Positions 48,652 to 57,245 of a stretch of 64,000 bases of DNA are shown one piece after another; the stretch's first letter is position 1, and every line of letters starts with the position of its first letter. The DNA lies in assembly GCA_036649035.1 (NCBI GenBank), contig JAVWCK010000001.1, positions 4,856 through 68,855 on the forward strand, in the 5' to 3' direction. A model generated the notes under the pieces. The model searched no databases. It saw nothing but the letters and a program-made list of their open reading frames with translations, and had not been told where the DNA came from. The position numbers and the translations under genes were made by a program. The stretch comes from Raoultibacter sp. (GTDB taxonomy: Bacteria; Actinomycetota; Coriobacteriia; Coriobacteriales; Eggerthellaceae).

Positions 48652-48727
48652 GGGCCGTTAGCTCAGCTGGTAGAGCAGGGGACTTTTAATCCCAAGGTCG
48701 CGGGTTCGACTCCCTCACGGCCCACCA
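48652..48727 (+). tRNA. tRNA-Lys (anticodon UUU), CCA encoded
   Basis: Hand-folded cloverleaf. The acceptor stem is GGGCCGT/ACGGCCC and the D arm is GCTC..GAGC. The anticodon loop CTTTTAA and T loop TTCGACT are present, and the 3' CCA is encoded. One C:U mismatch in the T stem and a G:A at positions 27:43 were noted. Confidence 0.88.
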
Positions 48728-48805
48728 TTTTACTTCCAATGCAGTCGGAATGCATCGACTGAGTGGGATGTGCCTGGTTTTTCTAGGATATATCCACTTT
48801 TGAAC

Positions 48806-48879
48806 TGGGCCGTCGTCCAACGGTAGGACTCTGGTTTTTGGTACCAGCTAAGTAGGTTCGAATCCTGCCGGCCCAGCCA
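48806..48879 (+). tRNA. tRNA-Gln (anticodon UUG), CCA encoded
   Basis: Hand-folded cloverleaf. The acceptor stem is TGGGCCG/CGGCCCA, the anticodon stem is CTGGT/ACCAG with loop TTTTGGT, and the T arm is GTAGG-TTCGAAT-CCTGC. The 3' CCA is encoded. Confidence 0.88.
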
Positions 48880-48905
48880 TTTCATTTATTTAAGACAAGA
48901 TACTA

Positions 48906-48946
48906 GCTCGCACAACCCGGTTCGCTGGTGTTATGCGAGCCTTTTT
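48906..48946 (+). terminator. terminator-like hairpin after the tRNA pair
   Basis: GCTCGCA, a 21-nt loop, then TGCGAGC followed by CTTTTTGT. Confidence 0.5.
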
Positions 48947-49165
48947 GTATGAGCTTATCAAGAGCTTCTCCCTTAGAAACACGATCCCTTGACGCCGGCT
49001 TGTTAGATTTTACTGAGCTTCGGTAAGGTTTTCCTTGGTTCGACAAGAGAAACTATCGCAATTTCAGCTAATTTGAACATAAAAATTCGACGACAGTCGG
49101 TAAGGTCGCTTCCGTAAAGTAAATCGCATCCATCCGTGGTACACGAATGAAGGCGATGAGCGATC

Positions 49166-50539
49166 ATGAAAGAAAAGCGCGACCGCTGGCGCGGCACAAA
49201 AATCTGCAGAAGACTTCCTGCAGGCTCCCATCCACCCGCGAAAGCACTTCGCCGACAAACATCCCGCTTTCTAAAAACGCTTCTTGTGTTCATGAGTGCC
49301 GTATTTTGTGCAGGGGTGTACCTCATGTTCCCCCACTACGCCTACGCAGCATCGGGATATGCCTCGGTTGGCGGTTCCTGGATGATCGGATCGCAAAGCT
49401 ATTTTAGCGTGGACATCCTCGGTGGCTACACCCGAGGGTTCTGCCTTAACCATGGTGCCGCCGCACCCTTTCCGGGGTATTACCCCTATACCGCCGACGT
49501 CAAAACGTACGGAGCGGGCGGGTCTGCGAATATATGGGTCGAAGGATCGACAGGAACAGCAACCTATGACGAGGCAGCAGACACGTGTCGGTCGCAGACG
49601 ATAACCTTTCGCTCAGGCACCTCCAATGCTTCATGGAGCTTTACCGTGCCCGCGCACTGCCAGCTGCACACCAACAACACCAGCTACGAAGCGGGACGCA
49701 CCCTGACGATTTTTCCCGATCAAAGCTTTTACCTGACCACAACCGACCCCGCCGGCGCCAGCGACGAACAGGGTAAAACGTATGGCGGGGGTGACGCCAC
49801 CGCCGACGCTTCAACAACCACGATATATTCGAATATCGTGATAACACCCCCCGATGCCTGGGATGGGTATAGCTATGCCAATGGATTGCCCGCAGGTTAT
49901 CAGCGGGTGGGCACCAACGACGTGGCAGTTAACCATTACGACAGAAAAAATCAATGGCTTGGTTTTTCCACTCAATGGCTTGCCTGCGTCCGTTATTTCG
50001 TCGACGGAGAAACGACCCCTTGCGCAACGCACAACGTCACCATTGGTTCTCTCTACACCCCTACCCCTCAGGCACACCAAGCTGGCGCAAAGCCCCAGTG
50101 CACCCCGGGTCTTGACGCCTGGTATCGTGACCGGCTGTATCGAAATCCCTACCAGGAAACACGCATTACGGGCAACCTCGATCTTTTCGGGCATAATGTC
50201 GTAACGCTTTCCTATGCCAGCGCCTCTACCTCGCCGATTCAGGCGGGAATTCCCCTCTATCAACAAACCGATACCTCGACCACCCCCCTATATCTTTCCG
50301 ACATCCTTGCGCAAGCCACCATGCTCGATTGGGGCACCACGGCTCGCCTACAGGATCCACGCTACACCCTGCTTTATCTTCCCGAAGAAAAACGGTGGCG
50401 CACCCTGCGCCACGCCGATGGCTGGTATCTTTCCCCGAGCGCGGTAGGCAACCCAGTGCACACCCTGCGCCTGGAACACGACACCACCGTTTACGACAAC
50501 TGGACACAATCAACCTACGATGGCGTACTGGATTGGTAG
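49166..50539 (+). CDS. secreted protein of unknown function heading the Tad locus
   Basis: 457-aa ORF. It has a basic N-region, then the hydrophobic TLLVFMSAVFCAGVYLMFPHYAYA with a likely cleavage after AYA. The mature part is rich in Thr, Gly and Tyr. The C-terminal half has two segments resembling Listeria-Bacteroides (Flg_new) repeats (G..AWYRD.., ADGWYLSP...DTTVYDNW). There is no LPXTG motif. The start codon is uncertain. Confidence 0.6.
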   Translation: MKEKRDRWRGTKICRRLPAGSHPPAKALRRQTSRFLKTLLVFMSAVFCAGVYLMFPHYAYAASGYASVGGSWMIGSQSYFSVDILGGYTRGFCLNHGAAAPFPGYYPYTADVKTYGAGGSANIWVEGSTGTATYDEAADTCRSQTITFRSGTSNASWSFTVPAHCQLHTNNTSYEAGRTLTIFPDQSFYLTTTDPAGASDEQGKTYGGGDATADASTTTIYSNIVITPPDAWDGYSYANGLPAGYQRVGTNDVAVNHYDRKNQWLGFSTQWLACVRYFVDGETTPCATHNVTIGSLYTPTPQAHQAGAKPQCTPGLDAWYRDRLYRNPYQETRITGNLDLFGHNVVTLSYASASTSPIQAGIPLYQQTDTSTTPLYLSDILAQATMLDWGTTARLQDPRYTLLYLPEEKRWRTLRHADGWYLSPSAVGNPVHTLRLEHDTTVYDNWTQSTYDGVLDW

Positions 50540-50545
50540 CAGATC

Positions 50546-51487
50546 ATGACCGCGACTATTTTTTCCTTCATTGCGTGGGCAGCCTGCGTCGTAATAGGCG
50601 GATGCGTCCCTTTGATTGCCGACAAAACGATGCGGGCAAAATGCACCGCGTACCATCTCTGGTTCACCACCTGCGCCCAAGGATATGCCGCCTTCGTCGA
50701 TCAAGAGCAGAAAATACCCAGCTTTCGCGCCAAGGGGGATGAAGGAACATGGGGAATATGGGCCCAGCATCTACCTCAGCTTCTTGCCGACAAGGCGATT
50801 TCGCAAGAAGAATATGCGGCGCTTTACGCCGGCCGAACGACTGCGGCTCAAGGCGATGCCCCTCTGCTGGCCGAAGGCCCGCTTGCCTCATTCGACGAAG
50901 GTGTGAGCGCACAGCTCCCCACAAGCCAACAGCGAAAACACACCTTTTCTCTCGATCATAAGGCTTTCTTGGCGCTTCCCTTCGCCGGAGGTAGCGCTCT
51001 TCTTGCCAGCGGCATTGCCGCCGCCCACCTGCCCCTCTTCTCCACTTTGGTCTTGGATGCCACCCTCATTGCCTGCGTTCTTATGGCGCTAATCGATGCC
51101 AAGTGCCGCATTATTCCCACAGGTCTCGCCCTTGCGCTTGCCCTGGGCGGAACCCTGTGGCAGCTGAGTCGGGGAGGGGTTTTCTTCTTGGAAGCCGCCC
51201 TCTGTGCGGGGGCTGCATTGGCAACGCTTCTCATAATCGACGCGTGCTCATTACGCCTACGCAAAGAACACGGAATCGGAGGCGGGGATCTGCGCGCTCT
51301 TCCCGGTGCAGCTCTCTTGGCTGGATTCCCCGGCATACTAACCGGTTGCGCGCTGACGGGCATAGTCTTTATCGCATTCGCCTTCGCTATGAAAATAACC
51401 AAACATCTTGACCGAGCAACAAAAGTCCCCTTCGGTCCCTTTATCGCGCTTATGGCGATCGCGGGATTATTCTCGTCGATCGCTTAA
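50546..51487 (+). CDS. tadV: A24-family prepilin peptidase (TadV/CpaA-like) with an N-terminal extension of about 140 aa
   Basis: 313 aa. The C-terminal half has the two catalytic-Asp contexts typical of TadV (ALIDAKCRIIP and GIGGGDLRAL) within a multi-TM core. Confidence 0.85.
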   Translation: MTATIFSFIAWAACVVIGGCVPLIADKTMRAKCTAYHLWFTTCAQGYAAFVDQEQKIPSFRAKGDEGTWGIWAQHLPQLLADKAISQEEYAALYAGRTTAAQGDAPLLAEGPLASFDEGVSAQLPTSQQRKHTFSLDHKAFLALPFAGGSALLASGIAAAHLPLFSTLVLDATLIACVLMALIDAKCRIIPTGLALALALGGTLWQLSRGGVFFLEAALCAGAALATLLIIDACSLRLRKEHGIGGGDLRALPGAALLAGFPGILTGCALTGIVFIAFAFAMKITKHLDRATKVPFGPFIALMAIAGLFSSIA

Positions 51488-51527
51488 CAAGTGAAACATA
51501 TTCGCCCCACCGAGTAAGGAGAAATTT

Positions 51528-51710
51528 ATGAACAAGTTACGTGCACGAATCATCGCCCCCGAAATGCAAGGAGGCCAAACGCATACGGTTGAAATCGTTA
51601 TCTTCGTCTTGATCGCTGTCGTACTAGGTCTGTTCGTCTATACCGTAGGCGTTCCCGCTATTGAAGGCTTCTGGACTTCCGTCATTACTAAAATCGGCAC
51701 GATCAAATGA
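51528..51710 (+). CDS. flp: Flp-family type IVb pilin precursor
   Basis: 60 aa. It has a strong AAGGAGA Shine-Dalgarno and a short basic leader. Next comes GGQTHTVEIVIFVLIAVVLGLFV, which is a Gly cleavage site, a Glu and a hydrophobic helix. Confidence 0.75.
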   Translation: MNKLRARIIAPEMQGGQTHTVEIVIFVLIAVVLGLFVYTVGVPAIEGFWTSVITKIGTIK

Positions 51711-52243
51711 GCAAAACCACTCGACAATTGCCTGCACACCTCTTTCGCCAGCACCGGCGACTCCTTAAACGCGGGCAGGCAAGCGTCGAGTGCGCGTTCG
51801 CGACAATCATGGTATTTACCCTGTTATGCCCCTGTATTGAATTTGGCCGTATGACGGTCGACAGCCTTGTAGCCTCCTGTGCGGCAGCTGATCTGGCACG
51901 GGCAGCTGCAGTCGAGCCCACTCTGACACGCAGCGATCAACAAGCCTTTCTCCAAGCGGCCTATCCGACTCTTGCAGGGGCAACCACTTTCACCCTCACA
52001 CGGAGCGCTCAGCAAAGAAATTCTTATACGCATCACTTTTGCCCGCAAAGTGGCGAAACGCTTACCCGCCCGTCCTACACCGCACATCGCGATGTCACAG
52101 CAACGCTTAGCGTATCACGCCACTACATAACCCCTACCGGGATGCTCCTTGCCCCAGTGATCGGCGCACCCACCGACCACTACGAAGTGCACGCAACCGG
52201 TAGCGCGCTGCAAGATGAAACCGTTGAAAGCGGCAGGTGGTAG
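51707..52243 (+). CDS. TadE-like pseudopilin
   Basis: 178 aa. The leader ends in RG/QASVECAFATIMVF, which fits the G/XXXXE prepilin-peptidase motif followed by a hydrophobic helix. It overlaps flp by 4 nt. Confidence 0.7.
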   Translation: MSKTTRQLPAHLFRQHRRLLKRGQASVECAFATIMVFTLLCPCIEFGRMTVDSLVASCAAADLARAAAVEPTLTRSDQQAFLQAAYPTLAGATTFTLTRSAQQRNSYTHHFCPQSGETLTRPSYTAHRDVTATLSVSRHYITPTGMLLAPVIGAPTDHYEVHATGSALQDETVESGRW

Positions 52244-52764
52244 CATTGGCTCTTGTAAAACTTCCTCTTTTTCGCCTCAGTCGAACCGAAAACGGAATGG
52301 TCAGCCTGGAATCGGCTTTCGTTTACCCGGTGTTTTTCCTGCTCATATTCGTGCTTGCCCAGTTTTCCTGGATAGGGTTCCAAGCGGCGTGCCTCGATCA
52401 TGGTCTCTACGCTATGGGCTGGACCCTTGATTCTTCACGCGTCGAGACGGCGCCCGACCTCAATGCCCTTGTGGCGAGCACTATACAAGCGGATTGGATG
52501 CCCCTCGACGAGCAGTGCCTGGTCGTTAAAAACGCGCGCGTCGATTTAAGCTCGCGCAAGGTTACTTCCCCCACACGCAACGAAATCGACCATGAAACGT
52601 TTTTTATCGAGCGCACCTGCGCACAGCGGCACTTCATGCATCTCGTCGCCGATCTCGAATATCGCATCGATCCTTTAGTAAACCTGCCCGGATTTGGCAG
52701 CATCACCCTTGTCCGGCACCTTGATAAAACTCAACTTATCGACGCTAGATTCGAGGTGTCGTAA
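52237..52764 (+). CDS. TadE/TadF-like pseudopilin
   Basis: 175 aa. The leader ends in NG/MVSLESAFVYPVFFLLIFVL, which fits the G/XXXXE motif. Confidence 0.65.
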   Translation: MVALALVKLPLFRLSRTENGMVSLESAFVYPVFFLLIFVLAQFSWIGFQAACLDHGLYAMGWTLDSSRVETAPDLNALVASTIQADWMPLDEQCLVVKNARVDLSSRKVTSPTRNEIDHETFFIERTCAQRHFMHLVADLEYRIDPLVNLPGFGSITLVRHLDKTQLIDARFEVS

Positions 52765-53402
52765 TGAAGGGAAGACGCCAAAAGAGCCCTCTAGAAAAAC
52801 GCGAACGAGGCAACGTTCTCGTTGCGCTTGCCGTAACAATGTCGATGCTGTTTGCCCTGCTCGCTTTCGGTGTCGATGCAGTGATGGTGATCGCTCAGAA
52901 AATGCAGCAGGAAAACGCGTTGAACTTGACCCGCGAAACCATCATGTCCCCAACCATCACGCTTGAGGCTAAAAACTCCGAAGACCCCGGCGCGCTTATC
53001 TCGCGAACCTTAGCGCAAGCTCTCCGCAAGCAGGGCTATAGCGGAGCGGTAGAGGTCTGGTTCCATGAAGTTGGTCGCAGCGAGGGAGAGCTACCTGAAA
53101 ACAAACGCATTTACGCTTACGAACTTGCCGTCAAAGACCTATGTGAACCAGCCTTTTCCCGCATTTTCGGAATCAAAGAAATACCGGTCGCATCATCCCT
53201 GGTCACTTCTTCTATGCCCTACGCGGAGTTTCGCGCTTGGCGACCGCGAGCCGCGCGGTCGGGCATGTTTCGCCTCGAAGCGAACAAGCCGGCTGACCAT
53301 ATCGTTTTTACCACGGTAAGTCTGAGCGGCATGCCGGAAGACCTCCGCAAAGAAGTTGCCACGTGCATCGACGACATCAACAAGCCCCCTACAAAAAAGT
53401 AA
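52764..53402 (+). CDS. TadG-like (Tad N-terminal domain) pilus assembly protein
   Basis: 212 aa. ERGNVLVALAVTMSMLFALLAFGVDAVMV matches the TadG-type N-terminal pattern. Confidence 0.65.
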   Translation: MKGRRQKSPLEKRERGNVLVALAVTMSMLFALLAFGVDAVMVIAQKMQQENALNLTRETIMSPTITLEAKNSEDPGALISRTLAQALRKQGYSGAVEVWFHEVGRSEGELPENKRIYAYELAVKDLCEPAFSRIFGIKEIPVASSLVTSSMPYAEFRAWRPRAARSGMFRLEANKPADHIVFTTVSLSGMPEDLRKEVATCIDDINKPPTKK

Positions 53403-53411
53403 GGAAGCATC

Positions 53412-54140
53412 ATGGTTGGAAAAAGAAGGAATCGCACTGCGGCTCAATCCGCGACACGCATCAAAGACCCCCTTGGCTCATCACCCGCTGCACAGGGACG
53501 CAGCACTTCCGACGTTAAGACGCTGTCGCGTATCACTGCAGGAGCGGTAATCGTTGCGGTAGCGGCAATTCTTTTTTCCCTTATCACCGTCGGAGGCAAT
53601 CAAAATGAATTAGGTGCGATGAGAGCCACGAGCGCACCTGCCGTTATCGCCAAAGCGGAAATACCAAAGAATACCGTGATCACACCTGAGCTCGTGGAGG
53701 TCGTTACCATGCCATCCACCTATATTGAAAAAGGTTGCAGCACGACAACACAGGATGTCATAGGAAAAACCGCGCTTTACCCCATTCCCGAAAAAGGGCA
53801 GGTCAGCAGCGGTCTGCTGACAGGATCGGATAACACCTCTTACCTTGCCGCCGCACTGGAAAACGGCTTCTTCGCCACGTCGATTGCCGTCGATGCCGAA
53901 ACGGGTCTTGCAGGATTGCTTACCCAAGGCGATCGCGTTGACGTGCTCTCAGGTGGTGCGCTCCTTATGGAAAACGTGAGTGTCTTGGCTCTCGACACTC
54001 ACCTGACCGAAGCGATAAGCGAATACTCAACGGTAACCCTTCAGGTTTCCCGCGCCGATGCCGAAGCTCTTCAAACCGCCCAAATCAGCGGCGACATCCG
54101 CTTGGTGCTGCACTCCGCTGCAGGAGAAGAACATGAATAG
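53412..54140 (+). CDS. cpaB: Flp pilus assembly protein CpaB/RcpC (SAF domain)
   Basis: 242 aa. It has an N-terminal TM helix, then IAKAEIPKNTVITPELV (SAF-like) and the conserved GDRVDVL ... VSVLALD ... TVTLQVSRADAEAL blocks. Confidence 0.8.
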   Translation: MVGKRRNRTAAQSATRIKDPLGSSPAAQGRSTSDVKTLSRITAGAVIVAVAAILFSLITVGGNQNELGAMRATSAPAVIAKAEIPKNTVITPELVEVVTMPSTYIEKGCSTTTQDVIGKTALYPIPEKGQVSSGLLTGSDNTSYLAAALENGFFATSIAVDAETGLAGLLTQGDRVDVLSGGALLMENVSVLALDTHLTEAISEYSTVTLQVSRADAEALQTAQISGDIRLVLHSAAGEEHE

Positions 54141-55440
54141 CACCCTCGATAAAGATTTGAGTGCACGCATCAAAACGCGCGTGCAAGATGAACTTTCCGC
54201 TCAGGTGGCCGATCGCGGTAAAACACCCGACGAAGCAACGCTTAAAGCCATGATCACCTCCATCATCGCTTCGTTCGCTGATTCGCTTGAAGCGCTTGCC
54301 CCCTTCGATGTTGAAGCCTTTACCGGCGAAATCGTCAATGACTTTCTTTACCTCGGTCCCCTTCAAGCTCTTTTGGCCGACGAAACGGTAACCGAAATCG
54401 CCGTCAATGGCTCAAGCAAGGTATACGTGGAGCGCGCAGGCCGCATGGAGCGTGCGCCGGGTATTTTCTTCGATGACGAAGCACATCTGCGCCGGATAAT
54501 CGACCGCATCGGCCAACGCGTCAACCGCCGTTGCGACGATGCGAGCCCCCTTATGGACGCGCGTCTTTTCGATGGCAGCCGCGTCAATGCGATCATTGCT
54601 CCGCTCGCCCTTAGCGGCTCGGCGCTCACCATCCGGAAGTTTGCAAAAAACCGCATGAACGCGATCGACCTTCTCGAAGCTGAAAGCGTTTCTCCTGCCA
54701 TGCTGGCCTTTCTTGCCGCCGCAGTTGCCGGTCGCTGCAGCATCCTCGTTGCCGGCGGTACGGGATCGGGGAAAACAACCCTGCTCAATGTCTTATCGGC
54801 ATTCATCCCGGCAGATGAACGCATCGTGACTATTGAAGATTCAGCCGAACTGCAATTGAAACAAGAAAATCTCGTTTCATTGGAAAGCCGCCCGGCAAAC
54901 GTCGAAGGAAAGGGGGAAGTTACCATTCACGACCTCGTCAAAAACTCCCTCCGCATGCGTCCTGACCGCATTATCGTCGGCGAGTGTCGCGACACCGAAA
55001 CCATCGAGATGATAAACGCCATGACCACCGGGCACGACGGATCGCTCACCACCATCCATGCCAACGACGTGACAACAACATTCTCCCGTTTGGAAACGAT
55101 GCTACTCAAGAGCGCTTCCGGTTATGATTCCGCTGCGGTCAAGCGCAAAATTGCCCAGGCAATTGATTTGGTCGTGATTGTGGAGCGTCTGGTTGATGGC
55201 ACGCGCAAGATAACGTCGATCACTGCCGTTACCGGCATGGAAGGTCCGGTTATCTCAACCGAAAAACTGTTCACCTTCGAACGGGACAAGGGGTTTTCTT
55301 CAAAAGGAAAGGTCTTGGGAACCTATGCCGGTCTGCGCGCTCAACCAGCAGGCATTCGCAACCGCATAGAATCCTGGGGCATAGAGTACAATCCGAACTG
55401 GTTTTTTGATAGCTACGAAATCGGATGCGGAGGCGAATGA
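54133..55440 (+). CDS. tadA: TadA/CpaF secretion ATPase
   Basis: The start is taken at MNSTLDKDL, overlapping the cpaB stop by 8 nt. It has Walker A (GGTGSGKTT), Asp-box/Walker B (IVTIEDSAEL, RPDRIIVGECR) and His-box (TGHDGSLTTIHAN) motifs. Confidence 0.95.
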   Translation: MNSTLDKDLSARIKTRVQDELSAQVADRGKTPDEATLKAMITSIIASFADSLEALAPFDVEAFTGEIVNDFLYLGPLQALLADETVTEIAVNGSSKVYVERAGRMERAPGIFFDDEAHLRRIIDRIGQRVNRRCDDASPLMDARLFDGSRVNAIIAPLALSGSALTIRKFAKNRMNAIDLLEAESVSPAMLAFLAAAVAGRCSILVAGGTGSGKTTLLNVLSAFIPADERIVTIEDSAELQLKQENLVSLESRPANVEGKGEVTIHDLVKNSLRMRPDRIIVGECRDTETIEMINAMTTGHDGSLTTIHANDVTTTFSRLETMLLKSASGYDSAAVKRKIAQAIDLVVIVERLVDGTRKITSITAVTGMEGPVISTEKLFTFERDKGFSSKGKVLGTYAGLRAQPAGIRNRIESWGIEYNPNWFFDSYEIGCGGE

Positions 55441-56366
55441 TGTCTCTTTTGGGCGCCCTCCTTATCACCGCGAGCATCACCCTTGGTATCGCCGCCTTCC
55501 TCTACAAAAGAAGAATCGAGGTTGCCTGGCGCGATCACGAATACGCACGCCTTAAAACCAGCTCGCCTACGACATCGGCCCCGCAGGCGCAAAAGCGAAC
55601 AAAGGCCGACTCTTCCCTTGAGTCGTACTTGCTTCGCGGGGGCATACCCCTTTCACCCACTCGTTTTGCCCTCGCCGTCACTTTGCTCTGTTCGGTAGCC
55701 GGCATCGGCCTCGCACTGATAAGCGCGCACCCCTTCGGTCTTGCTGTCGGCTTTCTTATTGTTGGCGGGATTGTGATTCTCCTGATAAAACACCGCATTT
55801 CCCAACGATCCCGCACTTTCGATCGCCAATTGGCGGCAACGCTTCCCATGGTTGCAGAAAATATGCGAGGAGGCTCTACGGTGGAATCGGCTTTTGCAAC
55901 CGTTGCCGAATATATCGACGATCCGCTGCACACAGAACTGACCCATACGGCCTTCGATGTGATGACCGCTAATATGACACTCCCCGTAGCACTCGACCAC
56001 CTTGCCGCACGCATGCACAACCCCGCTGTCGAACTGCTTTCCACCACCGTCGCCATTCAAAAAACTGGCGGGGGAAACTTAGCTGATATCCTTGACTCCC
56101 TTGCGGCAACTATTGCAAAACGGCTAGAAATGCGTGGGCACCTCGAAGCCATCACTTCATCGGCACGCCTTTCTGCCGCCATCGTCAGCGCTATGCCCCC
56201 CGCCCTGCTCGGCCTGCTGTCCTTCGCAAGCCCCGCCTATATGGCCGATTTTTGGGCAAGCCCTTATTGGGGGCCGATTATCGGAGTAGTTTTCGTGCTC
56301 GATGCGACAGGGCTTATCGTTATCAGCCGCATGCACGTTCTCGATCACAATGAGGAGACTCTATGA
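55437..56366 (+). CDS. tadB: TadB (type II secretion system F-family platform protein)
   Basis: About 309 aa. The ATGATG start overlaps the tadA TGA, with GGAGG 3-6 nt upstream. It has N- and C-terminal TM segments flanking a T2SSF cytoplasmic domain. Confidence 0.85.
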   Translation: MMSLLGALLITASITLGIAAFLYKRRIEVAWRDHEYARLKTSSPTTSAPQAQKRTKADSSLESYLLRGGIPLSPTRFALAVTLLCSVAGIGLALISAHPFGLAVGFLIVGGIVILLIKHRISQRSRTFDRQLAATLPMVAENMRGGSTVESAFATVAEYIDDPLHTELTHTAFDVMTANMTLPVALDHLAARMHNPAVELLSTTVAIQKTGGGNLADILDSLAATIAKRLEMRGHLEAITSSARLSAAIVSAMPPALLGLLSFASPAYMADFWASPYWGPIIGVVFVLDATGLIVISRMHVLDHNEETL

Positions 56367-57244
56367 AAATCGCCCTTATCCTTTTCGTTTCCATCGGAAG
56401 CGGCATCGCCGCCTATCTTGCCCTTGCATCACGATTCGCTTCTCCGAGCGCTTCTTGCCCACAGGTTGCCGTTCCCGACAACCGCAAGAACGACCAGAAA
56501 ATTTCACGCATGGCGGAAAGCATCAACCGTTTCATACCGCAAGCGCACGCCGATAAAGACACGCTGCGTCACCGCCTCGCCCGAGCAGGACTTACCTGTG
56601 CCCCTTCTGTGTTTTACGGCGTATCGATCATCCTCGCATTTACGGGCATCGCTGCCGCTGTCCTGCTTGCTCCTTTTGCTTCAAGCCGCTCCTTACCGTT
56701 GGGCTTTGCCTTCACCGCAATGCTCGTCGCGCTCAGCGTGTGCCTACCCCGCCTCTATCTAAACAGTGCAACAAAAAAGCGACGGATGAAAATCGAAGCC
56801 CAGCTTCCTTCCGTGCTTGAATTGCTGACCATTTCCGTTGAGGCCGGACTCACCATGGAGCGAGCCATCTACTATGTGTCCACGCAGGGTAAAGGCGTTC
56901 TCAACGAAGAATTCGGCTTTGTAGACCGCGATATCAGCTTGCTTGGCTACGGTCGAGAACAAGCGCTCAAGCGCTTGAGCGATCGCTGCCACGTAGAGGG
57001 TCTTTCCCTGTTCGTCGCTGCGGTTATATCATCGAGTAAAACGGGTTCTCCCATCGCAGGCGTGCTGAAAAGCCAGGCAAGGGCAGCCCGCACACGAAGG
57101 TTTCAAGAAGTTGAAGAAGCTGCCAACAAAATACCCACGAAGATGATATTTCCCCTCACCTTTCTCATCATGCCCGGGGTGTTCATCGTGGTTTTAGCGC
57201 CAGCGGCACTTTCCATAGCGCACAATCTTATAGGAGTGATTTGA
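56363..57244 (+). CDS. tadC: TadC (type II secretion system F-family platform protein)
   Basis: 293 aa. It overlaps tadB by 4 nt, has a T2SSF domain (LPSVLELLTISVEAGLTMERA) and a C-terminal TM pair. Confidence 0.85.
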   Translation: MKIALILFVSIGSGIAAYLALASRFASPSASCPQVAVPDNRKNDQKISRMAESINRFIPQAHADKDTLRHRLARAGLTCAPSVFYGVSIILAFTGIAAAVLLAPFASSRSLPLGFAFTAMLVALSVCLPRLYLNSATKKRRMKIEAQLPSVLELLTISVEAGLTMERAIYYVSTQGKGVLNEEFGFVDRDISLLGYGREQALKRLSDRCHVEGLSLFVAAVISSSKTGSPIAGVLKSQARAARTRRFQEVEEAANKIPTKMIFPLTFLIMPGVFIVVLAPAALSIAHNLIGVI

Positions 57245-57245
57245 T

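Noticed and set aside
48652-48727. Non-canonical pairs in tRNA-Lys (C:U in the T stem, G:A at 27:43), as a sign of a tRNA pseudogene.
   Set aside because: The acceptor, D and anticodon arms, the T loop and the CCA end are otherwise intact. E. coli tRNA-Lys also has a non-Watson-Crick 27:43 pair. The evidence is not enough to call it defective.
48880-49165. The Tad locus as a tRNA-integrated genomic island. An 8-nt GGTTCGAC match to the tRNA-Lys T-loop at 49037-49044 could be an att remnant.
   Set aside because: No integrase, recombinase or excisionase gene is present, and I saw no longer direct repeat of either tRNA 3' end at the far boundary (57612-57669). An 8-nt match is expected by chance. 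The placement is kept only as context in the Tad finding.
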